A stretch of 64,000 nucleotides of DNA. Origin: a virus. The notes beneath the pieces were generated by a model. The model was not told the DNA's origin, did not search any database, and saw only the letters and a list, made by a program, of their open reading frames with translations. The DNA is taken from positions 32,001 through 96,000 of the IMG/VR virus record IMGVR_UViG_3300042991_001118; one strand, 5' to 3'. Both the position numbers and the translations under genes were made by a program. Below are positions 28,226 through 36,661 of the stretch, piece after piece. The stretch's first letter is position 1. Every line of letters begins with the position of its first letter.

Positions 28226-28633
28226 TTACCCTCGAAATATATCCTTTAGTCTACTTGGTGGTGATTCTTGTTCTTTTTGTTTTTGCTTGCCAGTTTCTTG
28301 TTCCGGTTGTTCGACGGTTGCGCCACTATTTAGCAACAAGAGAGAGACAATTGAGTCTAGTGAATCTTTGATTTCCTGCAAAGTCTTCATGACTTTGTCG
28401 TCTGTTTCATGTGAAAGGATGGCTGAAATAACTTTGCAAACGTATACTTTGTCCTGGCTATTGCCATTCTTGGCATACAAAATCAATTCTGGAATTAACC
28501 CAGCCAGATCAAATCCGGTATCTTTAAGCTGTACTTTTATCCCAGTTCCATAGAGAAGTTGTAGGGCAGATTCTTTTTCATCATGCACCTGGCTAAACAT
28601 CATTTCTTTCAGAAAATTTAACAAATTATCCAT
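28226..28633 (-). CDS. hypothetical protein
   Basis: GGAG RBS, overlap with the upstream gene. Confidence 0.6.
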   Translation of the reverse strand: MDNLLNFLKEMMFSQVHDEKESALQLLYGTGIKVQLKDTGFDLAGLIPELILYAKNGNSQDKVYVCKVISAILSHETDDKVMKTLQEIKDSLDSIVSLLLLNSGATVEQPEQETGKQKQKEQESPPSRLKDIFRG

Positions 28634-29114
28634 TTCCGAACTCCAATATTTCCGTAAGGACTTCCTTTGATTTTTGTTTTGACTTTGGAATAGATTCCTG
28701 AGATTTGGAAATTGTATTTTCCAATACCTTCACGCTTTTCCAAAGCTGCATGATTTGCATTTCTTGTTTCACGTCTTCTGAGTTTAGATTCCCTGCCATG
28801 GATTTCAATGATTCGATAGATAGAGTTGTTTCCCTAACGGAGGATAATTCATGTCCCAATGAGGACACCTTTTGCTCCAATATAGAAACCCTAGAAATCA
28901 AAGCTATCACCTCCTGCGATAGCTTGTCGTTAATAATGACTTCTAGCCTTTCCCTTGTTAGGGAGTCTAGTCTTTTTAACAGTGCTTCGGATTCTGGGTC
29001 TTTGTCGCTTTTGATTTCAGTATTGAATGCCTGGAAAATTGGCTTTATGATAGTCCGCATAATCCAAACGATAATTCCTACTTTGTCCGACATAAATACA
29101 CCTTCCCATATCAC
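28626..29114 (-). CDS. coiled-coil protein with an N-terminal hydrophobic segment
   Basis: VGIIVWIMRTII; heptad-like region. Confidence 0.6.
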   Translation of the reverse strand: MIWEGVFMSDKVGIIVWIMRTIIKPIFQAFNTEIKSDKDPESEALLKRLDSLTRERLEVIINDKLSQEVIALISRVSILEQKVSSLGHELSSVRETTLSIESLKSMAGNLNSEDVKQEMQIMQLWKSVKVLENTISKSQESIPKSKQKSKEVLTEILEFGNG

Positions 29115-30163
29115 TTTGTTTCGTCCTTAATTGGGGCAAAATTTAGGACGTTTTCCTTGGCCATTTGCATTAGAAGTTCCCATTCGGCCAAATTCATGTT
29201 AAATATTTTTTTTACCTTTCCCGTGTTCCCCCCACACAGGATTAAAAAATCAGAAAATGCCCTAGCTACAGACAACGCATCTTGCGCTATGATTTTCTTT
29301 TCTTCTCCAAGATTAAATTCTGGGAATGCGTCTATAATGTCCTGAAAAAATTCGACAGTATTTCCTGGTCTTCGTTCTCTATCATCTTGCCATGCTTTTG
29401 GCAAGGTCATTAGGAGTTCTACCGGGAGATTTTCTGGGGCAAATTCATCGTCATTCGCAACCATGAAATAACATATCTTTGCGAGTGCAAAGATATCTGC
29501 TCTTTCATCGACATTCCCAGCGTCCTCCATCTGTTCTGGTGCGGCATATCCAGGCGTGCCAAGAATTGCATTAGTCCTCGTCAGGACATTTTCTATTCCA
29601 GACATCGCTATACCGAAATCTATGAGCTTTGCCTGTCCAGATTCCGTTATGATGATATTGTCAGGTTTTAAGTCCCGATGCACGACGTTATATGAATGCA
29701 GTAGCCCGACTCCCTGCACTATTTGTTTAAATAACAACAACTTGTCTTTTAGAGACAAGGACGCACCCTGTGTTTGTATATATTTTCTTAGGTTGCTTCC
29801 TTTGCAATACTCGCATACAAAGTAGAATGGGGATTCTCTTAAGTCATATACCAGGGGGAATGGAGGAATTCTTCCAGACAAGATTTCACTATCTGATATC
29901 GTTGCCATTATTCTAGTGCTTCTGATAAACCTTTTTTCGTTCTCTTGACTGAGGTCAGGGAGTCTAATATTGAGAACTCTCTTTTGATTCAAAAGCATGT
30001 CTTTGTATAAAATGACTAGTTTTTCAGATCCCATTCCGAGGGTTTCTAAATACTCTCCCTGTGGTACGCAATCCCGTATCATGGAATTTGCATACATATC
30101 GACATTCCCAGCCATGAAGAGTTTTAATTTTTCGTAAAAATTTTTGTCTTTTCTCCCCAACAT
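29111..30163 (-). CDS. Hanks-type Ser/Thr protein kinase with a non-canonical ATP site
   Basis: HRDLKPDN, DFG, GTPGYAAPEQ, RADIFAL; Gly loop GMGSEK, beta3 RVLNI. Confidence 0.9.
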   Translation of the reverse strand: MLGRKDKNFYEKLKLFMAGNVDMYANSMIRDCVPQGEYLETLGMGSEKLVILYKDMLLNQKRVLNIRLPDLSQENEKRFIRSTRIMATISDSEILSGRIPPFPLVYDLRESPFYFVCEYCKGSNLRKYIQTQGASLSLKDKLLLFKQIVQGVGLLHSYNVVHRDLKPDNIIITESGQAKLIDFGIAMSGIENVLTRTNAILGTPGYAAPEQMEDAGNVDERADIFALAKICYFMVANDDEFAPENLPVELLMTLPKAWQDDRERRPGNTVEFFQDIIDAFPEFNLGEEKKIIAQDALSVARAFSDFLILCGGNTGKVKKIFNMNLAEWELLMQMAKENVLNFAPIKDETK

Positions 30164-30173
30164 AGTTCGCTCC

Positions 30174-31658
30174 TCATTTACTTGGTGTGGGGTTTTTCTT
30201 TTCTTCTATTGGTGTCCATTTACAGACAACTCCACCAGAATTTTTTAAAAGCAAATCTTTAAATTCGATTGGAGTTTTTTTCTTATCGAAATAATCTACC
30301 AAAGTTTGTGGATCCGTGGTGGACAGAACACATATCGTCTCTTCTGTTAATCCAGAAAATTGAGATTCTGCATTGACCTTGTCTTTTATCCCAGAACCCC
30401 ATTTTGCCCTAGACTCTGAATAGAACGCCGAGTTTTTATTTTTTGTTTTTAATACGATATTGCATTCTTCAAGTCCTATAAAATTGGCAGAATTTCCTAA
30501 AATAGAGACGATTCCGATAGAGCAAATAGCTTTTCCGCGAAGTTGGGGACACCAGTACGAGTCTAATTTATGCAAAAATAATGGGCCAGAACTATAAACA
30601 AATTCTGTAGTTTGTATCAGAGAGAATAGCCCAGCGAATAGCATAAGCTGTGTTGTAAAATCTCCTCCTGTTTGGTTCTGGAAGGAACAAAAAATTAAAT
30701 TATTGCTGTTGTCTACGCCTTTCTTCCCTATCGAAAAATTTTGCAATTGCTTATCAAATGCAGTACACGTGATATTGGTATCCACATCGAATCTTTGCAG
30801 CGATAAAATCATTGTTGCAGCTTGTTGTCTCACGGTTTCTTGATATAGCAAGACAGAGAAAACCCCTTCCATTCCGGGCATTAAGGCACTTAAAAGCAAT
30901 AAGTCTTCTTGTGTTAGGGCTTCTTTGTCCTCTAATGTGTCAATGTATAGAATTCCGATAAGTGTATCGCTATGGAACATAGGAAAGCATATGGAGCTAC
31001 AAACCTTATTTTCAACAATGCTCCTGGATAGGTCGTCAGGGTCTTCGACTTCTGTTGTCGAGAATCTTTTTGCTTCTTTCGTCTCCCAAACTTGATCTAA
31101 GATATACCGTGGCGGAACGAAGTTTTGTGGTGCTTTTGCTACGATAGGTATCCATTTTTTATTATCTACACGGTATACCACGCCACGATTGATATGGAAA
31201 TTTTGTTCTAGGAAGTCCAATAAAAATTTTGAAAATTGTGAAAGACTCCTGGGCATCCGGTTAAAAAAATCGCGTGACAATTTTTCTGCCACGTTCTTTT
31301 TATTGATTAGCTCCACGCCAATAGCCCGGACCTTACTTGTCTCCATTCTCCTGGTAGCCTGAGCTTCGTCTTTAAAAATTACAATGCACCCCTGTTTGGG
31401 ATGCCCCAAGACAATCACGTCGTTGTGATTTATCTTTATCGTGCTACTTGGTGCGATGGATACCCCATTGACCCAGGTGGATCCATCTAGAGTTTCCATT
31501 ATGACGCTTTCTGAATCGCGTCGTATTCTCGCATGTGCTGCCGATACGTTTTTACATTTTAATCCTAATGCTTGTAGCCATTCTAGGCTAAAAATGACAG
31601 GGTCATCACCTAGTATGATATTTTTCCCTGATTCTTGCAAGACGATATATGCGGGCAT
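30174..31658 (-). CDS. FHA-GAF domain protein with a degenerate SpoIIE/PP2C-like tail
   Basis: VSAAHARI..TWVNG (FHA); S.SI....SSICFPM....IGILYID....T.EDL.LL (GAF); GGDF..LD (SpoIIE-like). Confidence 0.75.
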   Translation of the reverse strand: MPAYIVLQESGKNIILGDDPVIFSLEWLQALGLKCKNVSAAHARIRRDSESVIMETLDGSTWVNGVSIAPSSTIKINHNDVIVLGHPKQGCIVIFKDEAQATRRMETSKVRAIGVELINKKNVAEKLSRDFFNRMPRSLSQFSKFLLDFLEQNFHINRGVVYRVDNKKWIPIVAKAPQNFVPPRYILDQVWETKEAKRFSTTEVEDPDDLSRSIVENKVCSSICFPMFHSDTLIGILYIDTLEDKEALTQEDLLLLSALMPGMEGVFSVLLYQETVRQQAATMILSLQRFDVDTNITCTAFDKQLQNFSIGKKGVDNSNNLIFCSFQNQTGGDFTTQLMLFAGLFSLIQTTEFVYSSGPLFLHKLDSYWCPQLRGKAICSIGIVSILGNSANFIGLEECNIVLKTKNKNSAFYSESRAKWGSGIKDKVNAESQFSGLTEETICVLSTTDPQTLVDYFDKKKTPIEFKDLLLKNSGGVVCKWTPIEEKKNPTPSK

Positions 31659-31662
31659 GCCT

Positions 31663-32241
31663 TTACCCCTTTCTCTTCGTCACCCAGACCTTTACTTTGT
31701 CTTCACGCTCTTCTGATGCGTTTAATTGCAAACATCTGATGACGCAAACAACAAAAACACCATGCAACGCGATGTATTTTGTATTGTTAGACGAAAAGTC
31801 AATCCCGAATAAAATTGCGGAGAACATGAGAAGGAAAATCAACAACATGAATGTTGAAGACCACAAAACAAACATAAATCCTTTCGTCGCTACGATAAAT
31901 TCGTACAACAAGGAAGCAAATTTTTTCTGCACCACAACGCAATTATCCGTACGCTTTTTTTGTTCTGTATGATTTTCCTTTTGTGTTTCTTGTGATGTTT
32001 TTGGGTTTTCCACGATAGGTTCCGGTGTTTCTTGTGATGTTTTTGGGTTTTCCACGATAGGTTCCGGTGTTTCTTGCTCTATTTTGGGATTTTCCACAAT
32101 AGGTACCTGTGTTACCTTTGGTGTCCCGATTACAAATTCGTCCTGTAGTATTGGTTTTTTAAAATTCATGAGCATTGTTTGATCTACTGGGGATGTTTCA
32201 CACACCGTTGATGCCGCATCATTCTTTTCTTCGTTTTGCAT
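31663..32241 (-). CDS. membrane protein with a 14-aa repeat x3
   Basis: IVENPKxxQETPEP repeats; two C-terminal hydrophobic helices. Confidence 0.65.
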   Translation of the reverse strand: MQNEEKNDAASTVCETSPVDQTMLMNFKKPILQDEFVIGTPKVTQVPIVENPKIEQETPEPIVENPKTSQETPEPIVENPKTSQETQKENHTEQKKRTDNCVVVQKKFASLLYEFIVATKGFMFVLWSSTFMLLIFLLMFSAILFGIDFSSNNTKYIALHGVFVVCVIRCLQLNASEEREDKVKVWVTKRKG

Positions 32242-32396
32242 CTAAAAACTCCTTTATTATATTCATACATGTCAACATATGACGGGCTGTTCCTGCTGGC
32301 TGTTGTGATATCCAGGCGCATTCTATCGGGATAAGAGCGTCTGGATATTTCATAGAAACCAGCATCTCTCGATATAAAGATGCTTCTGTGGACATT

Positions 32397-33032
32397 TTAT
32401 TGAGCCTTTAACGTCAAAGATATTCCTCTCAAGGATTCGATACCTTCCTTCACGGATAAGGAAAAAATTTCTTGCATGGATGCGATCACTTTGTTTGAAT
32501 TTTCGGATATTGCTGATGCGAATTCACGTGATGCAAAGTATTCCTTTAGCCTGGTCGAAAATCCATTGAGTATCAAATTGACAACATTGGTCATGTCTTG
32601 AGACGCAATCATTTTTCCACCTATTGTCACAATGTTCTTTTGAGCATCTGCATCGGCTACTAGCCGTTTGAATCCAGCGTATACTCCTTCTGACACTACT
32701 CCCTTGGCATTCTCACTTGTGATTGCAGCGTTTAGAATATTGGTTATTCCCGTTTTAGAACTTTCATCAGTTAGTAGGTTTTTCAAAACCCCTGTAATGG
32801 TTTTTTCTAAACTTCCATTCGCTACGATATTGCTCCAACCTGTTTTTAATGCGGAGCTAAATTTTTCCGTTACGGACTCTGAGGTAAGGGCAGAGACAAT
32901 CGCATCCTGAAATTGGTCCACCAAATTTGATAGTCCAAGCAGGTTTTGCAAAACCTTGCTTGCATCATTATTGGATTGGTTGGATACAGCATTGGATGCG
33001 GTATTGTTTGGAATTGTTGGAACTGTTGGCAT
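32397..33032 (-). CDS. helical hypothetical protein (start MPTVP)
   Basis: AGGAG RBS before 33032. Confidence 0.6.
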   Translation of the reverse strand: MPTVPTIPNNTASNAVSNQSNNDASKVLQNLLGLSNLVDQFQDAIVSALTSESVTEKFSSALKTGWSNIVANGSLEKTITGVLKNLLTDESSKTGITNILNAAITSENAKGVVSEGVYAGFKRLVADADAQKNIVTIGGKMIASQDMTNVVNLILNGFSTRLKEYFASREFASAISENSNKVIASMQEIFSLSVKEGIESLRGISLTLKAQ

Positions 33033-33204
33033 ATTTTTTCTCCTATTTGAACGCAGCCCATATAAACACTCGAACACTGAATCCAATGATCGCCGCGATT
33101 ATGGGCGCAAATAACAATGACAAGACCATAAGGCTTATTATAGCCTTACAGTATTCCTCGAAAGTTTTTTCACTTTTAGCTTTTTCATTTTTGTCTTCCA
33201 TCGC

Positions 33205-33612
33205 TTAAGTTTCCTTACTGTCCTTACCTATTTTTTTCGCAGAAGTTATAACAAATTGATTATAGCTTATTTCTTCAATCTTGTCTAGTTTCTTTGTAAC
33301 TTTAGACAAATTTGTATCTATTGATGACAAAACATCTAAGAGGAAAAGGCACAAAACACAAAGATAAATCAATATGCAAAGTCCAATAATACATGCGTTC
33401 CGCACAAGAAGAGTTAAACCAGCCGTTAAAACATAAAATAGCCCTACTATCAGCATTAAAATAGCCAGGACAAACAAGGCAAAGACAATCGCCCCCAAGA
33501 TGCTAGATGCAGAAGAAAACTTCCGTGTTAGGAAAAAAGTTGGAGTGCATATTGTTGAATTCTTTTCATTCCTATCGTTCATTTTAATCTCTTTCTCGCC
33601 TTTCCATTCCAT
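33205..33612 (-). CDS. membrane protein (holin-like, 2 TM)
   Basis: Two long hydrophobic stretches and a charged C-terminus. Confidence 0.45.
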   Translation of the reverse strand: MEWKGEKEIKMNDRNEKNSTICTPTFFLTRKFSSASSILGAIVFALFVLAILMLIVGLFYVLTAGLTLLVRNACIIGLCILIYLCVLCLFLLDVLSSIDTNLSKVTKKLDKIEEISYNQFVITSAKKIGKDSKET

Positions 33613-34502
33613 GGGTTAGCCTCTTTTGATAACCGAATTGGGCGGTATTTCATAAAACGCTTTAAATCAGCAATCATTGAATCTTTTCCTGGAAGCTCAG
33701 ATTCCCTCTTTAGCATAACGTCCTCAGAGACCACCCTGACGATTACTTTATGTACACACCTCATAAGACAAGGCGTATCGCCTCCGCGTGGCACAGTGGG
33801 CATTGTGCGCTGCGTGAAGGGTGAATGATTCACCATGTAGGTACATCCAGGACACATTCTTCCTAGTTTCTTTTCTGGATACCAAAATAGTAGGACGTTT
33901 TTAGGCAATCCTGACAGCCTTCCGGCATTGAATACAGCCTGCATATTTTTTACGTACATTTCAAGTCTTAAAGCTGGGTCAAATTTCGTTTTTTTCTCGT
34001 TGTAGGAATCTGACATGAATTTTTGCCAGAACGCAGCTTCCGTTGATACCAGATTATTGAACCACTTGGTTTCCTTAGCCGTAATCGGTATTGGTGTATC
34101 ATAAAATGTTCCGGATGATTTTCGACCTAGCTCCCAGGCTTTTCTGTAATATTTATCGAATAGCCTAGAACCCCGTAGTTGGTTCAATTTAGATAGAGAA
34201 TCTCTATCTAGAATTTTTATGAGAGATTTTTCAAAATCTAGTTCTAACTCGGCATATTGTTTAGCTGCGTCATTTTCTTCTTTCTGAACGAATTTTTTAT
34301 ATTCTTCTCCATCTTCAATACTTGGATGTCTTTTGGACATCGGTTGTCCGGCAAATGACCTGATCCCCTCCATCAAATGGAAGGATTTGCAATGTTTTAG
34401 ATACGCGATGTCAAATTGTTGTCCTTCTGATATCCCAGATAATGGAGATTTACCATCGCATCCGTCCTCATGGCAGTAGATAAACATTCCAGCCTCAATC
34501 AT
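33579..34502 (-). CDS. head morphogenesis (MuF-like) protein
   Basis: Downstream of the portal; R..MY..F.AG, CPGC..PF..PR.G.T.C..C motif. Confidence 0.55.
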   Translation of the reverse strand: MIEAGMFIYCHEDGCDGKSPLSGISEGQQFDIAYLKHCKSFHLMEGIRSFAGQPMSKRHPSIEDGEEYKKFVQKEENDAAKQYAELELDFEKSLIKILDRDSLSKLNQLRGSRLFDKYYRKAWELGRKSSGTFYDTPIPITAKETKWFNNLVSTEAAFWQKFMSDSYNEKKTKFDPALRLEMYVKNMQAVFNAGRLSGLPKNVLLFWYPEKKLGRMCPGCTYMVNHSPFTQRTMPTVPRGGDTPCLMRCVHKVIVRVVSEDVMLKRESELPGKDSMIADLKRFMKYRPIRLSKEANPWNGKARKRLK

Positions 34503-34965
34503 TTTTCCCTTTCTTCATGCTTTTTCTTTCGGCCTTGGATTTAACCGATCCATCGTCTAGGATATCACAATAGTTGTAAATTGCCTTCCGGATATTTGCT
34601 CTTCCATTTGGATTTAGGTATATGTGTACCGACATACCAAATTTCTTTTCGTATCCTTTATACTTCCTGGCAGCCTGTACCGTGGCATTTGGTGCCGTTG
34701 TTTTGACTTGTAACCATCCTATTCCATGTAGGACAACGGGGTATGTCGTTCCTAATGCAAATCGTAAAGTTTCTAAGTATGTCATAATGATTTGTTGAAG
34801 TTTTTTCTTGGAATATCCCAATTTTTTCAGTTTATTGACAGTGCTATCCATAATTTCTTTTTGGCTAATCCTGGCACGAATTTGTGTAGGAATTTTTTTT
34901 TCTTTGTTATAGTCACGCATATGTTTTCTCCGAAATTCCCGCATAACGTTTTTTACAACGTTCAA
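34495..34965 (-). CDS. HU/IHF-like DNA-binding protein
   Basis: GYSKKKLQQII..YLE.L..AL....VVLHGIGWLQV matches the HU helix-helix-GFG pattern. Confidence 0.55.
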   Translation of the reverse strand: MNVVKNVMREFRRKHMRDYNKEKKIPTQIRARISQKEIMDSTVNKLKKLGYSKKKLQQIIMTYLETLRFALGTTYPVVLHGIGWLQVKTTAPNATVQAARKYKGYEKKFGMSVHIYLNPNGRANIRKAIYNYCDILDDGSVKSKAERKSMKKGKND

Positions 34966-36661
34966 TTACGAGATTTTTTATAAACGATTTTGTCGTAGAA
35001 TTTTCGACTAAATTAGACAATTCTACGGGATTTATATCTTTTGGCAGATAGAAATTTGAAGAAGAGACCACTGCACTTGCTCCTCCATCACGCAAAAGTT
35101 CTATCGCTTTTTTTGATCGTGGTCTACTTTCCAATAAAGAAAAGACCTCCATTCTTTCTTTTTCTTCATTTTCAATACTCTCTAAGGTGTCCATCGCTTG
35201 TCCTATTTCTTCTTTTGGTTCTTCTGGCGGTTTTTGCAACAATTTCTCCACCATAGAAGGTGTAAATTGGGCATATTCCGTCATAACGTGTTTGGTCCAG
35301 AATTCGGAATTCCACTCGTGCTCTTTCCCTAAACTTAGTGCTCTATCCAATAAATCAAATCTGAGAGCTAAAAGCTCCTTCCGTTCCAATTCTTGGTAGA
35401 CAGATACAGGCTGCATCATCAAGACGAAACTATTTTGTGGATCTCGGGTATTGATATTGTGCCAGGCAAGATGGGTTTCTAGAATTGTCGCGAGGGTTTT
35501 TAAAAATGCATGTTGCGGACGGATACATGCTGTCGAGAATCCAACGTCCTGTTTTGCTAGGGATTCTTTCCTATCATATGACCCACCCAAATCAAGACCG
35601 AGATACCCGGCAGGGAAGTTCAATACGGCAAATAGCCTAGCCATAATCATATTTGCATCGTCCAAAGACGCTACGTTTCCGGCAGAAACGTGAGAAATTG
35701 ATGTCCTATTATCACCGCATGTCGGGATGACGAAAGCCCGCATTTCACCCCAGGCGGCAGGTGATGTCAACATCTCTCCAGTTTCTGGATTAGAATACAA
35801 CGTTTGGTACATCCGTTCCTGCCATTCTTTACATGCTAAGAATGCGTCTTCTGTGGACATTCCACCTACATCCAACGTAATCATTTCTTTGTCTGAACGT
35901 CGCAGCCTTTCTATCAAAATTTTATCCCAGCACCATTGTAGTTCTTGCCAGTATTCTCGAATATTGAAAAGTAAGGAGCATTCAGACCCATACCAGGCTG
36001 TCCTCTTTCTATTTGGCATTCTAAAATGTGCGACAGAATAGTATGGGACACTATTTGTCGCGTCCACAGGTTTCCCTTCATTGTCCGCATGAGAATAAGC
36101 AGATACTTTTCTGCTTTCATCAAAACAACACGCAAGTTCCCATGGTTCGTATGGAAGTAAAGATATAATTCCCTGGTCTTGATTTGCTGGCAAATATTCA
36201 AAATGGTCGCCGAGATGGTACATTGTCCGCAACATCGCGAATGTATTTTCATCGAGGGCATGGGTGTCTAAAAATTTGTAAAGAATATTTTCGATGTCTT
36301 TATTCGCAGAATAAAGCCAAACTGCTCTACCAGCCTCCACACCCGAAGTATCTGTGTTGAACTGTGTACAGGCACCAGCATATGCGTCCAAGACTCTTCC
36401 TATCAATGGGTCTTGTTCTATCTCGACATATGTGGCGTAAAGCTGAATGCGATTGTAATCATGTAATGCCCTAAAGTAGTCGTGCATTACATTGTGTGCT
36501 GTTCGATGTGGATTTATGCTGCTACCTTTTGAGAACGAATTTTGCACCACGGGTTCCCTATAAAAGTTGTGGACTGCCCGGAGCGCACTAATGGGATGTG
36601 CGATATATTCCAAAATCTTATCCATGTGATCTTCCTTTGATAATTTGTAGATATTCGTCAT
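34913..36661 (-). CDS. portal protein (T4 gp20-like)
   Basis: 582 aa next to TerL; IEQDP.I..VLD.YA, Y.LGD.F, HFR, YG..SLL, DVG.M, LN.P..YLG. Confidence 0.8.
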   Translation of the reverse strand: MTNIYKLSKEDHMDKILEYIAHPISALRAVHNFYREPVVQNSFSKGSSINPHRTAHNVMHDYFRALHDYNRIQLYATYVEIEQDPLIGRVLDAYAGACTQFNTDTSGVEAGRAVWLYSANKDIENILYKFLDTHALDENTFAMLRTMYHLGDHFEYLPANQDQGIISLLPYEPWELACCFDESRKVSAYSHADNEGKPVDATNSVPYYSVAHFRMPNRKRTAWYGSECSLLFNIREYWQELQWCWDKILIERLRRSDKEMITLDVGGMSTEDAFLACKEWQERMYQTLYSNPETGEMLTSPAAWGEMRAFVIPTCGDNRTSISHVSAGNVASLDDANMIMARLFAVLNFPAGYLGLDLGGSYDRKESLAKQDVGFSTACIRPQHAFLKTLATILETHLAWHNINTRDPQNSFVLMMQPVSVYQELERKELLALRFDLLDRALSLGKEHEWNSEFWTKHVMTEYAQFTPSMVEKLLQKPPEEPKEEIGQAMDTLESIENEEKERMEVFSLLESRPRSKKAIELLRDGGASAVVSSSNFYLPKDINPVELSNLVENSTTKSFIKNLVIERCKKRYAGISEKTYA

